A stretch of 64,000 nucleotides of DNA, from assembly GCA_002369235.1 (NCBI GenBank), contig DFFF01000013.1, positions 5,150 to 69,149 of the forward strand. Reading direction: 5' to 3'. The DNA comes from Verrucomicrobia bacterium UBA3783 (lineage in GTDB: Bacteria > Verrucomicrobiota > Kiritimatiellia > RFP12 > UBA1067). Shown in pieces: positions 18,636-28,202 of this stretch. Position numbers and translations under genes: made by a program. Position 1 is the stretch's first letter, and every line of letters begins with the position of its first letter. Under the pieces are notes generated by a model. The model ran no database searches and was not told the DNA's origin. It saw nothing but the letters and a program-made list of their open reading frames with translations.

Positions 18636-19906
18636 GAGCGCGATGCGGAGGAAAGAAATCCGCAGAGCGAAAAAGCGAATTTTGCGGCGGCGGCGAGCGC
18701 GAGATACGCTATGAGCGAGGCAATGCTCGAAGGTGAGATCCACAATAGCGCGAACGGCAGGATAAGATTCAATGGAATCCACCATTTGAGAAAGCCGAAT
18801 CTGGCGGCGGAGGCTTCGGTGTTGGTGTAGAGGCATTGGAGTTGAAAGAGAATGTTGATTCCGGTCAACGCCGGCAACGCCCATGCGAACAAGGCGTTCG
18901 TTTCGCCGCCCGGCAAGACCGCGAGTATCCATTTTCCTGCAATCGCGAAAAAAGAGGAAAGCAATATGCCCGCGGCGATGATTGCCGCCGCAGTCTTGAT
19001 TACCAGCGGACGCAAAGATTCGCCGCGCTCGGCAGCTTCGGCGGTGTAGGGGAAAAGGACGGCGAGCAAGACGCCGGACACAAAGCCCAAAATGTCGGAA
19101 AAGCGCGTAAGCATGTAGAATGCGGCGGTTTCGGCATTTGGGAGATTGCGGCGGAAGACGGTTTGCTCTGCGAATCCCAGCATGGCGGCGGAGAGCTGAT
19201 AAGCGAGGATGAGCAGGAAGAGAACGAGAAACCGCTTGACGGCGGGGCGGCGCCAATAGGCGTCGGCCTTGACCGCGAGTTCGCGCCGGAGGAAAAAGAC
19301 GGAGAGGGCGATATTGGCGGCAGGCGAGGCGCTTTGTCCGGCAAAGTAGCCGGAGAGCGGACGGAAAGGCATCGCCACGAGCATTGTCAAAAGGCGCACC
19401 GGGGCGCACAAGACATGCAGGAGCGAGAGTTCGCGGAATTTCTTCAGGCCCTGCAGCGCATTGACATATACTGGCGCAAATGCGCCGATGAAGCCCGAAG
19501 CCAGAATGAGAATGCCAAGAGAGCCTTCGGATATGCGAATCGAATCCATGAAAAACGGCATTGCAATCCGGCTGAGGAGAATGGAGAGCATAAGGAAGAC
19601 GAGCGCGGCGGCGAACACCCCTGATAGCAGCGCTTTCATTTTCCCGAATTCCTTTGCCGTGGCCAGAGAGGTTATTTCCTTCATGAAGGACATGGCAAAC
19701 GCCGAGACCGGTGTCGCCAGCAGGGCGGCAAAAGACGCAAGCGGCAAAACCGCGCCAAGCTCGTCGGGCGATATGAATTTCGGGACCAGCCAGACGCCGA
19801 CAAACAGGTTGAGCAAATCCGCCGAGCGCATCGCCATGAACAGAATGATGGAGTACCACCAGAATTCTCCGATCCGGCTGCGAAATCTATCGAGGGTCGT
19901 TTTCAT
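18617..19906 (-). CDS. MOP-superfamily (Wzx/MurJ-like) polysaccharide/lipid-linked oligosaccharide flippase
   Basis: 429 aa, about 12 hydrophobic helices. Composition and architecture resemble Wzx/MurJ family transporters. Confidence 0.5.
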   Translation of the reverse strand: MKTTLDRFRSRIGEFWWYSIILFMAMRSADLLNLFVGVWLVPKFISPDELGAVLPLASFAALLATPVSAFAMSFMKEITSLATAKEFGKMKALLSGVFAAALVFLMLSILLSRIAMPFFMDSIRISEGSLGILILASGFIGAFAPVYVNALQGLKKFRELSLLHVLCAPVRLLTMLVAMPFRPLSGYFAGQSASPAANIALSVFFLRRELAVKADAYWRRPAVKRFLVLFLLILAYQLSAAMLGFAEQTVFRRNLPNAETAAFYMLTRFSDILGFVSGVLLAVLFPYTAEAAERGESLRPLVIKTAAAIIAAGILLSSFFAIAGKWILAVLPGGETNALFAWALPALTGINILFQLQCLYTNTEASAARFGFLKWWIPLNLILPFALLWISPSSIASLIAYLALAAAAKFAFSLCGFLSSASRSQRTAP

Positions 19907-21699
19907 CTGCCGTGGAATTTCCGGAACAATTCATTGTTCGAGGTGAAGATCATGATGGGCTTTCCTGCCGGAGTGACATACGGCATGCGGCAGGCGGAGA
20001 GGTCTTCGACGAGCATTTCGGACTGTCGGGCGTCGAGTTTGCATGGGCGCTTGCGCATGGATTTGGCGAGCGAGCGGGCGATCAGATCCTCCTTCCAGTT
20101 TTCGCCGACCTTGCGAGCGGACGAAGCGGCGAGGTCTTGCGCGAGGGTCGACAGGATGTCCGCGAGCGGCAGGTTGTCGCCAAGTTGCGGAACGGCGTCT
20201 ATCTTGAAAGTGTCGATGCCGAACTCTTCTATCGCAAACCCGATCCGTTCGAGTTCTTTCATGGAATTTTTTATGCGCACGGATTCTGCGGGGGAAAGTT
20301 TGACTGTTTCCGGGAGAAGCAGGCGTTGCGACGGAATTGACGCTTTTTGGAGTCGCTCGAAGGCGATGCGCTCGTTCGCCGCCGCCGGATTTATCGTGAC
20401 AACACCATCTTCGGTTTCGATTAAAACATAACCAGAGTCAGTACATCCGAGGACATGGAACGTCTTCCACGGAAGCGACGATTTCTTTGGCGCGGTTTCC
20501 GGGAGCGCAAGCTGGACGGGCACCGGCTGCGGTTCGACAGGGTTTGCAGCGGGCATGTCGTTTGCGGCCGTCGCGGGCGGCGGTTTCGACCTTTCCTCCG
20601 ACTTGTCCACCGCAGCCTTGGCGAGGGTGGAAGGCGGCATAGCCGCGAAGGAGGATTTCGCCGCAGGCATGGCGGTCGCGGGGCGACCGCCATCGGTTGC
20701 ACCCAGTCCCAAGGTTTTTTCGATTGCGGCGATAAGGGCATTCTTGACCGCAGAGTTGTTGCGGAAACGCACTTCGCGTTTGGCGGGGTGGACATTTACA
20801 TCGACTTCGCGCGGCGGCAGATCGATGAAGAGGAAAAGCGCTGGTTTAGCCTCTCCCTGCCGGTGCGGATAAGCCTCTTTCAGCGCGTAGGCGACGGACG
20901 GCGCGGATGCGGAGCGGCCATTGATGAAGACATATTGTTCGCGCCGGGTGGGATTGGAAAGATTCGGTCTCTCGATAAATCCCTTGATGGAAATCTCGCC
21001 GGATTGCGAATCGACCGGCAGCAGGGATTCGGAAAGTTCCTGCGGAAAGATATCGGCAATGCGGTCTTTTGCGGCGGCTGCGGGCGGCAGATTGTAGAGT
21101 TCGCGTCCGTCAAGCGTCAGGGAGAAGCCGATTTCCGGGTGCGCCAGCGCCTGCGAGACGAAGATCTGCCGGATATGACCTTCTTCAGTGGCGTATGCGC
21201 GGAGGAACTTGCGTCTGGCGGGGACATTGCAGAAGAGATCGCGCACCTCCACTCTGGTGCCCGCCGGGCATCCGGCGGAGCGGACCTCGGCGACAGTCCC
21301 GGCGTTCACCTGAATGAACACACCTTCATCGAATTCATGCCGGCGCGTGGTGATCGAAAAACGCGAAACGGAAGCGATTGAAGGAATTGCTTCGCCGCGA
21401 AAGCCGAGCGTAGCGATATTTTCGATGTCGTGGACGTCCAGAATCTTGCTGGTTGCCTGGCGTTCAAGCGACAATAGCGCATCGTCCCTTGTCATTCCGC
21501 ATCCATCGTCTTGGATCGATACGAGTTTGCGTCCGCCCTGAACGATGGCGATGCGGATGTGCCGCGAGCCTGCGTCGATCGAGTTTTCGACGAGTTCCTT
21601 GACTACCGATGCCGGACGCTCGACCACTTCGCCGGCGGCAATCTTGTTCGCCACATGGAGAGGGAGGACGTGGACATGGCCGTCAAGGTTAGAAGCCAA
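19903..21699 (-). CDS. mutL: DNA mismatch repair protein MutL
   Basis: GHKL ATPase N-terminus: 'ANKIAAGEVVERPASVVKELVENSIDAG', 'DDGCGM'. Confidence 0.85.
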   Translation of the reverse strand: MASNLDGHVHVLPLHVANKIAAGEVVERPASVVKELVENSIDAGSRHIRIAIVQGGRKLVSIQDDGCGMTRDDALLSLERQATSKILDVHDIENIATLGFRGEAIPSIASVSRFSITTRRHEFDEGVFIQVNAGTVAEVRSAGCPAGTRVEVRDLFCNVPARRKFLRAYATEEGHIRQIFVSQALAHPEIGFSLTLDGRELYNLPPAAAAKDRIADIFPQELSESLLPVDSQSGEISIKGFIERPNLSNPTRREQYVFINGRSASAPSVAYALKEAYPHRQGEAKPALFLFIDLPPREVDVNVHPAKREVRFRNNSAVKNALIAAIEKTLGLGATDGGRPATAMPAAKSSFAAMPPSTLAKAAVDKSEERSKPPPATAANDMPAANPVEPQPVPVQLALPETAPKKSSLPWKTFHVLGCTDSGYVLIETEDGVVTINPAAANERIAFERLQKASIPSQRLLLPETVKLSPAESVRIKNSMKELERIGFAIEEFGIDTFKIDAVPQLGDNLPLADILSTLAQDLAASSARKVGENWKEDLIARSLAKSMRKRPCKLDARQSEMLVEDLSACRMPYVTPAGKPIMIFTSNNELFRKFHGR

Positions 21700-22756
21700 G
21701 GGAAATTCCTTTCCTCAAATAGGTAGGTTCGTCCATGTTCTCGCCGTGCCAGATTGTAGCCTCGCTCTTGACGAATCTGTCGTTCTTCTGCCCGGAGCCC
21801 GAGAGGACCGATTTCGGTTTGTTTCCGGATGATTCTTCCGGCGTCGATTCGAAGAGCATCGCGACTGCGGCGATTCTGCCGCCAAACGATTCTTCGTCGT
21901 TCACGGTAGCGAGGTCGAAGCGCATCGGTTCGCTGAAAGCCTTGCGCAGTCCTCCTGCGACGATTCCCACCTCCGATAGCCGCAGGTCGTCCCCGGCGAG
22001 GATTCCGCAGAGGATGGCGCGCACGGTGCCGGTGCCGCCGGAAACGGCAGGCGAAGAAAGAAGTCTGTCCAGCGCTTCGCGAGCCCGGTTCTCGCCGCTG
22101 GTTTCCACGGCGGCGAAACGGCCATGCCCGGCGCGCGAGAGGATGTTGCGAAGGCGTTCGGCGTCGAGCCGCAGGTAGCCCGGCTTCTCCAGGAGCCGCC
22201 AGAAAAAGGTGATGCCCGTTTCCAGTCTGGCTCTTGCGATGTCGAAGGCTTCCTTCATATTGTCGGTTTCGGCGGCGAGGTCGTTGAGCGGAATGAAGAA
22301 ACTCGCGTTCGCGGCGTCTTCGATCATACGCATCACGCTGCGCGCATGGCGTTGTCGGTCGTCGCCCTCGAAAGTGAAGGGCACGGTGGCGAAGACTATC
22401 GAGGGAATGCCTTTGCGGGCGAGATGCTTGACGGTTTCGAGCGTAGCGCCGCCGCCGGTGCCGCCGCCCAGCGTCGTTACGATCACCGCTATCCGCACGC
22501 CATCGAGATGGGAGTCGATCGCCGATATCGACTCTTCCGCCGCCATGCGTCCGGCAACGATGTCGCCGCCGGCGCCGCGTCCGGCCAGACGATTGCCGCC
22601 GAGCAGGACGAACGGCTCGCACATCTGCGCCGTGGCGGCGTCGGTATCGCACATGATCGTGCGCAGATTGCCGTCGAACGCATCGCGGATTTCGCGCGCG
22701 ATCGTCGATCCCGCAGTCCCGATTCCCGCAAGCAGAATTGATTTCGTGCCGTTCAT
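21689..22756 (-). CDS. ftsZ: divergent cell-division GTPase FtsZ
   Basis: Tubulin signature 'TTLGGGTGGGAT', 'IPLND', C-terminal conserved peptide 'DEPTYLRKG'. The N-terminal G-box 'GIGTAGS' is non-canonical. Confidence 0.7.
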   Translation of the reverse strand: MNGTKSILLAGIGTAGSTIAREIRDAFDGNLRTIMCDTDAATAQMCEPFVLLGGNRLAGRGAGGDIVAGRMAAEESISAIDSHLDGVRIAVIVTTLGGGTGGGATLETVKHLARKGIPSIVFATVPFTFEGDDRQRHARSVMRMIEDAANASFFIPLNDLAAETDNMKEAFDIARARLETGITFFWRLLEKPGYLRLDAERLRNILSRAGHGRFAAVETSGENRAREALDRLLSSPAVSGGTGTVRAILCGILAGDDLRLSEVGIVAGGLRKAFSEPMRFDLATVNDEESFGGRIAAVAMLFESTPEESSGNKPKSVLSGSGQKNDRFVKSEATIWHGENMDEPTYLRKGISLGF

Positions 22757-23958
22757 TTGAAGATTCCTTTGAGAGTGTCGAAGAACGAATGCTCCTCCGG
22801 ATATGCAGCGCGAGCGGCCAGCAGCGCTCCGGCCGCAGTCGCGTACAGCGCAGGCGACTCGTCTTTAGGAAGCCCGGAAATGCGTTTGGGAATGCCGATC
22901 TTGGCCGGGATGCCGAGTTCTTCCTGTATCAGCGTATCGAGTTCGCGCAGCTGGGCGCCGCCGCCGCACAAGACGACCCCGCAATGGAGTCTGGCGAGAA
23001 GTTCCTTTTCTTCCAGATGCTCGCGGATGATGGCGATCAATTCCTTCATCCGTGCATTGACGACGATGCTCAGCGACCGACGTGAAATCGAACGCTCTTC
23101 GCCGCCTGAGGAAGAAGGGGACAGGACGATGCGGCCGGCTTCCTCGTCGTCCGCGATGGTCGCCTGGGCATGGCGGCGCTTGATGACTTCAGAGAGCGAT
23201 TGCGGCAGCGAAAAAGCGTGGACGATGTCATTGGTCACATGGTCGCCGCCCACTCCGATCGATCCGGCGTCGACGAGAACTTCGTTGTCGTATACCGCGT
23301 AGCCGGTCGATCCGCCGCCGAGATCGAGGACGAGAACGCCGTTTTTCTTTTCATGGGCGTCGAGCACGGCTTCTGCGGCGCAGGTGCATGCGAAAAGCGG
23401 ATCGCGCAATTCAAGGTGTGCTCCGTCTGCCGCCGTTTTGGCGTCCTGAATGCGGTTTTTGTCGGCGGTAAGATGAAGGACGTTGAGTTTGAGCGCCCGA
23501 CCGGACATGCCCAGAGGATTCAGGATTCCCGCCATGTTGTCCACGGCATAATCCTGCTCGGCGATGTCCAGCGATGCGAGATCGCCGGTGGCGCCGGCGA
23601 TCTGCCGGGCGTTTTCGGTGACACGATCCACATCTTCCTGAGTGACGTTCCGGCCGGATATCGCCGTCGCGCTTTGCAGTGGCGTGGCGTTCACGTGCGA
23701 GCCGTTTATCACCAGAAACGCATTGGCGATGTCGATCGATCCGCCCTCGGCTTTGCTTTTGCGCTCGATTTCCCCGATTACGCTGCGCACCGATTGCGTC
23801 GCTTGATTGATGTCGATTATCTGCGATTTGCGCACGCCGGTCGACGGAATCGACGCAAACGAGACGAGCTTCATTTCTTCCCCAGCCTCGCTTTCCCCTA
23901 TGGCGAGGACGGTGCGCGATGTTCCTATTTCCAGCGTGGCGTATACGGTGCTGCTCAT
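22753..23958 (-). CDS. ftsA: cell division protein FtsA
   Basis: Actin-fold motifs 'LEIGTSRTVLAIGE', 'VLDLGGGSTGYAV'. Start set at 'MSSTVYATLEIG'; the upstream 67 codons of the ORF lack similarity. Confidence 0.8.
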   Translation of the reverse strand: MSSTVYATLEIGTSRTVLAIGESEAGEEMKLVSFASIPSTGVRKSQIIDINQATQSVRSVIGEIERKSKAEGGSIDIANAFLVINGSHVNATPLQSATAISGRNVTQEDVDRVTENARQIAGATGDLASLDIAEQDYAVDNMAGILNPLGMSGRALKLNVLHLTADKNRIQDAKTAADGAHLELRDPLFACTCAAEAVLDAHEKKNGVLVLDLGGGSTGYAVYDNEVLVDAGSIGVGGDHVTNDIVHAFSLPQSLSEVIKRRHAQATIADDEEAGRIVLSPSSSGGEERSISRRSLSIVVNARMKELIAIIREHLEEKELLARLHCGVVLCGGGAQLRELDTLIQEELGIPAKIGIPKRISGLPKDESPALYATAAGALLAARAAYPEEHSFFDTLKGIFK

Positions 23959-24803
23959 TTTATCGGCTCCTTGGTGTCGGCGTATATTTTCCCGGATTCG
24001 GTCGCATTCCAGATGACGTTGTTGCCGGTAAGGCGCGCATTTATCGCATCGCGCAGGTTGCGCAAGGTGCGAACCATGTTTTCCCTTGTCGCATCCGAAG
24101 GCGCTTCCATGCCTTCCCATGCAATCTTGGCGCGCTGGTAGTTGCCCAGCGTAGTCCACAGGAAATCGGTTTTGCCGGTGTATATTTCCAGAATGCCGAG
24201 TTCCTGGAATTCCGGTTCCTGCGCGGCTTCGATCAGTCTGAGCGCGGCGAGCATGTTGCCGGTCATGCGCTCTCCGCTTTTCGGGAGTCCCGGTGAGGAG
24301 GGGACGCGGATCACCGGGAGCGCCCCGGTGTTGCGGGCGTACTTGAACGCTACGCCTTCGGAATCTGCGACGAGGAAGCTTTCCTGCTTTGCGCCTTGGA
24401 GATTGATCCGTGCGATAGGTTCGCGTTCGGTTACGAAAATCGTCACCTTGGACGGCAGGCGCTTGGTTATCGTGATGTCGCGGATAGTGTGGTATTTGTC
24501 AAGCATCTCTTTGCGCTTGACGGCGAAATCGGTCGTCCACAAATTTGCGCCTTTTCGGTGCAGATCGAATCCCTCGCGGATTGTTTCGGCCTTTATCATC
24601 TTGCCGGTCGATTCCACCAGAACCTGCAGTTGGGGATCGTCGATGACGCATTGCTCGATCCAGCAATCGCGAAGTTTTTTGTAGGCGAACAGCGATCCAA
24701 TCGCCGCAGCGCAGACAAGCGCCATTACGAGAAGGACAAGGATTTCCTTTGCGCTTTTGGGTCTGGAGACTTTGTTTCCGGAGTGGAGTTTTCGCTTACT
24801 CAT
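23955..24803 (-). CDS. ftsQ: cell division protein FtsQ/DivIB (POTRA domain)
   Basis: N-terminal TM helix and POTRA-like region. Position between ddl and ftsA. Confidence 0.65.
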   Translation of the reverse strand: MSKRKLHSGNKVSRPKSAKEILVLLVMALVCAAAIGSLFAYKKLRDCWIEQCVIDDPQLQVLVESTGKMIKAETIREGFDLHRKGANLWTTDFAVKRKEMLDKYHTIRDITITKRLPSKVTIFVTEREPIARINLQGAKQESFLVADSEGVAFKYARNTGALPVIRVPSSPGLPKSGERMTGNMLAALRLIEAAQEPEFQELGILEIYTGKTDFLWTTLGNYQRAKIAWEGMEAPSDATRENMVRTLRNLRDAINARLTGNNVIWNATESGKIYADTKEPIK

Positions 24804-25704
24804 GATCGCAACTCGCTTTCGAAAGAATCAAATCGCACACCTGTCCGAAGGAAAGTCCGGTCTTCATGCCTGCCTTGGGAACTAGCGAATGCGAGGTGAA
24901 GCCCGGAGACGTGTTGAGCTCGAGCACATAGACCTCGCCTTCGGGAGTGACGCGGAAATCGACGCGGGTTACGCCGCGGCATCCAATCGCATCGCAGGCG
25001 GCGGTTGCGATTTCGGACAGTTTCAGCCGTTTGGCCTCTTCTTCGTCCACAAAGGGATAGCGCGTTTCATTGCTGTTGTATTTTTCATCGTATCCATACC
25101 AGCCGTGCGGTGTGACGATTTCGATTGCCGGCAATGCCTTGCCGCCGACGACCCCCACGGTCATTTCGCGCCCGGGGACAAACGCTTCGACAAGAATCTC
25201 TTTGCTGTCCGGCGACATGACACTGGATGCCGCCGCCAGCGCACCGCGCCACTCTTCCGGTCGTGAAACTTTGGTTATGCCCACCGAACTGCCGTCGCAC
25301 GGCGGCTTCACCACCACCGGCAGCGCAAGCGGGCAGACCGGCGCATCGGCCGTGACCGTAGTCCATGGCGCGGTGGGAATCGAGTTTTTGTCAAGAATGC
25401 GCTTGGTGGCGATTTTGTCCATCGCGATCTGCGATGCTTTCGCACCGGGTCCGGTATACGGGATGCCAAGCCGGTCGAGTTCTTTCTGCACTCCGCCCGA
25501 CTCTCCCCAGCCGCCATGCAATGCAATGTATATTTTGCTTGCGCCGGAAAGATCCACGCTTGCGAGCGACTCTTCCTTAAGGTCGATTTCCGCGACTTCA
25601 TATTTGCCCAAAGACCTCAGTCCTTCGGCTATATTGCGTCCGCTCAAAAGCGATATATCGCGCTCGCTCGAGCATCCGCCCATCAAAACAAATATTTTTT
25701 CCAT
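24796..25704 (-). CDS. ddl: D-alanine--D-alanine ligase
   Basis: ATP-grasp fold: 'MGGCSSERDISLLSG', 'VVKPPCDGSSVG', 'ELNTSPGFT'. Confidence 0.85.
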   Translation of the reverse strand: MEKIFVLMGGCSSERDISLLSGRNIAEGLRSLGKYEVAEIDLKEESLASVDLSGASKIYIALHGGWGESGGVQKELDRLGIPYTGPGAKASQIAMDKIATKRILDKNSIPTAPWTTVTADAPVCPLALPVVVKPPCDGSSVGITKVSRPEEWRGALAAASSVMSPDSKEILVEAFVPGREMTVGVVGGKALPAIEIVTPHGWYGYDEKYNSNETRYPFVDEEEAKRLKLSEIATAACDAIGCRGVTRVDFRVTPEGEVYVLELNTSPGFTSHSLVPKAGMKTGLSFGQVCDLILSKASCDHE

Positions 25705-25718
25705 AATTACTGCTGTGT

Positions 25719-25727
25719 ATTATAGCA
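25719..25727 (-). promoter_or_regulatory. extended -10 TGCTATAAT (minus strand) for ddl-ftsQAZ-mutL
   Basis: Minus strand reads 'TTTTGCTATAATACacagcagtaattATG'. Confidence 0.5.
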
Positions 25728-25734
25728 AAAATTA

Positions 25735-25743
25735 TGATATAAT
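25735..25743 (+). promoter_or_regulatory. extended -10 TGATATAAT for murC/B
   Basis: 'attaTGATATAATaacagtATG'. Only 6 nt separate the -10 element from the ATG, so the transcript is likely leaderless. Confidence 0.5.
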
Positions 25744-25749
25744 AACAGT

Positions 25750-27534
25750 ATGAAGATGCATTTTTGCGGAATTGGCGGCGTAGGCATGGCCGCACTTGCC
25801 GCGCTTTTGAAGAGCGAAGGGCACGAGATCGACGGTTGCGATCTCGCGCTTTCGCCGCGCACGGCGTGGCTGGAGAGTCTTGGAATCAAAGTGTTTTGCG
25901 GCCATGATGCGGCGCATGTCAAATCTGCCGAGCTCGTCGTCTCTACGCCGGCGATGGCTGCGGATTCGCCCGAACTTGCCGCCGCGCGGAAAACGATCAT
26001 GCGCGGCGAACTGCTCGCGAAAGTGTCGTCATCCCGCAAAACGGTGGCCGTGTGCGGATCTCACGGCAAAACCACTACCGCCACTTTCACCGCAAAACTC
26101 CTCAAAGAACTGGGCGACGATCCGGCTTGGGCGATCGGCGGCGAGACTGGAGATTTCCCGGTCGCCGGATTCGGCAAAGGTCCGCTCGTCGTCGAAGCCG
26201 ACGAATCCGACGGCACTCTTGCCGGATACCGCTCCGAGATTCTTGTCGTCACCAATTGCGAATACGACCATCCCGACCACTTCAAGACCAAGGCCGACTA
26301 TATTGCCTGTTTTGACGCCGCGCGCAGGAATGCGAAGCGGATAGTAGAGGCGGAAACTTTATCTTTAGAGGACTGGAATATCCCTCTTTCCGCGCCGCAC
26401 AACCGGCGCAATGCGCGGGCGGCGATAGAAGTGGCGAGGATTCTCGGCCATTCAAAGGAAGCGATAGCAAGAGCGCTTCCGGCGGCGGTTGCTGCGCTCC
26501 CAGACAGGAGATTCGAGCGTGTGTCGTCTGGTGTATATATTGACTATGCGCATCATCCTACCGAAATGGCGTGTGCAATCGCCATGGCTCGCGCCGAATG
26601 CAAAGGCCTGCTCAAGGTTCTGTTTCAGCCGCACCGGTATTCGCGCACGAAGGCGTTGCTGAAATCTTTCCCGGCGGCTTTTCGCGATGCGGATGAAGTC
26701 GTCCTGTGTCCCACCTACGCCGCATTCGAAAAACCGGTCGAGGGCGGCGATATCGCAGATCTCTACAAGGAACTTCGCGAAAATCCCCATGCTTATTCGC
26801 TTTCGCTCGCACGAAGCTGTCGCGAAGCCTGGACCCATGCAATGCTGACGCGCAAGGAGGAGGATGTCGTTCTGGTGCTCGGCGCAGGCGACATCGTGAA
26901 GGTCGTCGGCCCTGAAATCCTGCCGCCGCGACGCACGCCGCTTGGCATGGGATCGAACACTTGGCGGAGCGACTTGGCGACGAACGAGGAGTTTTTCGCG
27001 GTCGACTCTCCGGCGGGGCGGCCTGGCGCAAGCCTCGGAATCCCGTGGATGGCGGGAATTCCCGGAACGATCGGAGGGTGGATCAAAATGAATGCCGGTG
27101 CACACGGGCATTCAATCTCCGAACTTGTCGAAGCGGTAAAGGTGGACGGCGTATGGACTGTTCCCAAGTTCGGATACCGCACTAGCGACATCAATGGCGT
27201 TATTGAAGATGTGCGCCTGAAGCCGGTTCCGCCCGGACCGGGCGCGGAGGAATATCTTGCGAGGCGCAGGAAGTTCCCGGTCGGCACGAAGGGCAGTGTT
27301 TTCAAAAATCCCGACGGCGATTTCGCCGGAAGGATTCTCGAAGCGGCGGGCGCAAAGAATCTTTCAGTCGGCGGCGCGAGGGTCTGGAGCGAACACGCGA
27401 ATGTCATCGTGTGCGGACCTGGCGCCGTTCCTGGCGATTTTCTCGCGCTTGCGCGGCTGATGCACAATCGCGCCTTTTTCGCCTGCGGTATCTCGCTGAA
27501 GCCGGAGGTGGTCGGGATCGACACGGACTTCTGA
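25750..27534 (+). CDS. murC: MurC-MurB fusion: UDP-N-acetylmuramate--L-alanine ligase fused to a truncated UDP-N-acetylenolpyruvoylglucosamine reductase
   Basis: Residues 1-~390 are MurC ('GIGGVGM', 'VCGSHGKTTT'). Residues ~390-594 are MurB: 'PLGMGSNT' (GxGSN), 'GIPGTIGGWIKMNAGAHG', 'GSVFKNP', 'GGARVWSEHANVIV' through the C-terminus. About 60 aa of the MurB FAD domain are missing. Confidence 0.8.
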   Translation: MKMHFCGIGGVGMAALAALLKSEGHEIDGCDLALSPRTAWLESLGIKVFCGHDAAHVKSAELVVSTPAMAADSPELAAARKTIMRGELLAKVSSSRKTVAVCGSHGKTTTATFTAKLLKELGDDPAWAIGGETGDFPVAGFGKGPLVVEADESDGTLAGYRSEILVVTNCEYDHPDHFKTKADYIACFDAARRNAKRIVEAETLSLEDWNIPLSAPHNRRNARAAIEVARILGHSKEAIARALPAAVAALPDRRFERVSSGVYIDYAHHPTEMACAIAMARAECKGLLKVLFQPHRYSRTKALLKSFPAAFRDADEVVLCPTYAAFEKPVEGGDIADLYKELRENPHAYSLSLARSCREAWTHAMLTRKEEDVVLVLGAGDIVKVVGPEILPPRRTPLGMGSNTWRSDLATNEEFFAVDSPAGRPGASLGIPWMAGIPGTIGGWIKMNAGAHGHSISELVEAVKVDGVWTVPKFGYRTSDINGVIEDVRLKPVPPGPGAEEYLARRRKFPVGTKGSVFKNPDGDFAGRILEAAGAKNLSVGGARVWSEHANVIVCGPGAVPGDFLALARLMHNRAFFACGISLKPEVVGIDTDF

Positions 27535-27545
27535 AGGGAGACGAG

Positions 27546-28202
27546 ATGAAAACAAGAGGCAGGCATCTTCCGTTCGACATCCTTTACGAAGACGGCGACA
27601 TAATCGTCATCGACAAGCCTGCCGGCATTCTCACTGCGCACACCAAGGTCATCGGGCGCGAAGCGCGCGAAAGCCAGTGGACGGTCGAAAACCTCTTGAC
27701 GGACTATCTTCGCAAGGGACAGGCGAAGTCGCGGAAAAAAGCGTGGCTTGTGCATCGTCTCGATCGCGGCACGAGCGGCGTGATGATGGTCGCCAAATCG
27801 GAAGAGACGGCCAATTGGTATCGGGACAATTGGCACGAACTTACCGAAAAGACGTATCGGCTCAAGGTCTCCGGGAGGATGCCGGCGAGCGAAGGGGAAT
27901 ACCGCAGTTTTCTCAAGGATGACGACCGCACGATGAAAGTGCGCAGCGTTCCCGACGGCGCGGGCGGCAAGCTCGCGGTGACGCGCTGGCGGGTCGTCGG
28001 CGAAACGCGCACGGCTACGGATGTCGAGGCGACTTTGGAGACCGGGCGCAAGAATCAGATACGCGTCCAGTTCGCCGATGCCGGCCACCCGGTCGTCGGC
28101 GATGTGAAGTATGGCGGCAAAAAGGCGGATCGGCTTTATCTGCACGCTTGGCGGCTGAAAGTGAAATTGAGGAACGGCGAATGGAAAACTTTTACAAGCT
28201 AG
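27546..28202 (+). CDS. RluA-family pseudouridine synthase (second paralog)
   Basis: 'LVHRLDRGTSGVMMVAK', 'GRKNQIRVQ'. GGGAG Shine-Dalgarno before ATG 27546. Confidence 0.75.
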   Translation: MKTRGRHLPFDILYEDGDIIVIDKPAGILTAHTKVIGREARESQWTVENLLTDYLRKGQAKSRKKAWLVHRLDRGTSGVMMVAKSEETANWYRDNWHELTEKTYRLKVSGRMPASEGEYRSFLKDDDRTMKVRSVPDGAGGKLAVTRWRVVGETRTATDVEATLETGRKNQIRVQFADAGHPVVGDVKYGGKKADRLYLHAWRLKVKLRNGEWKTFTS

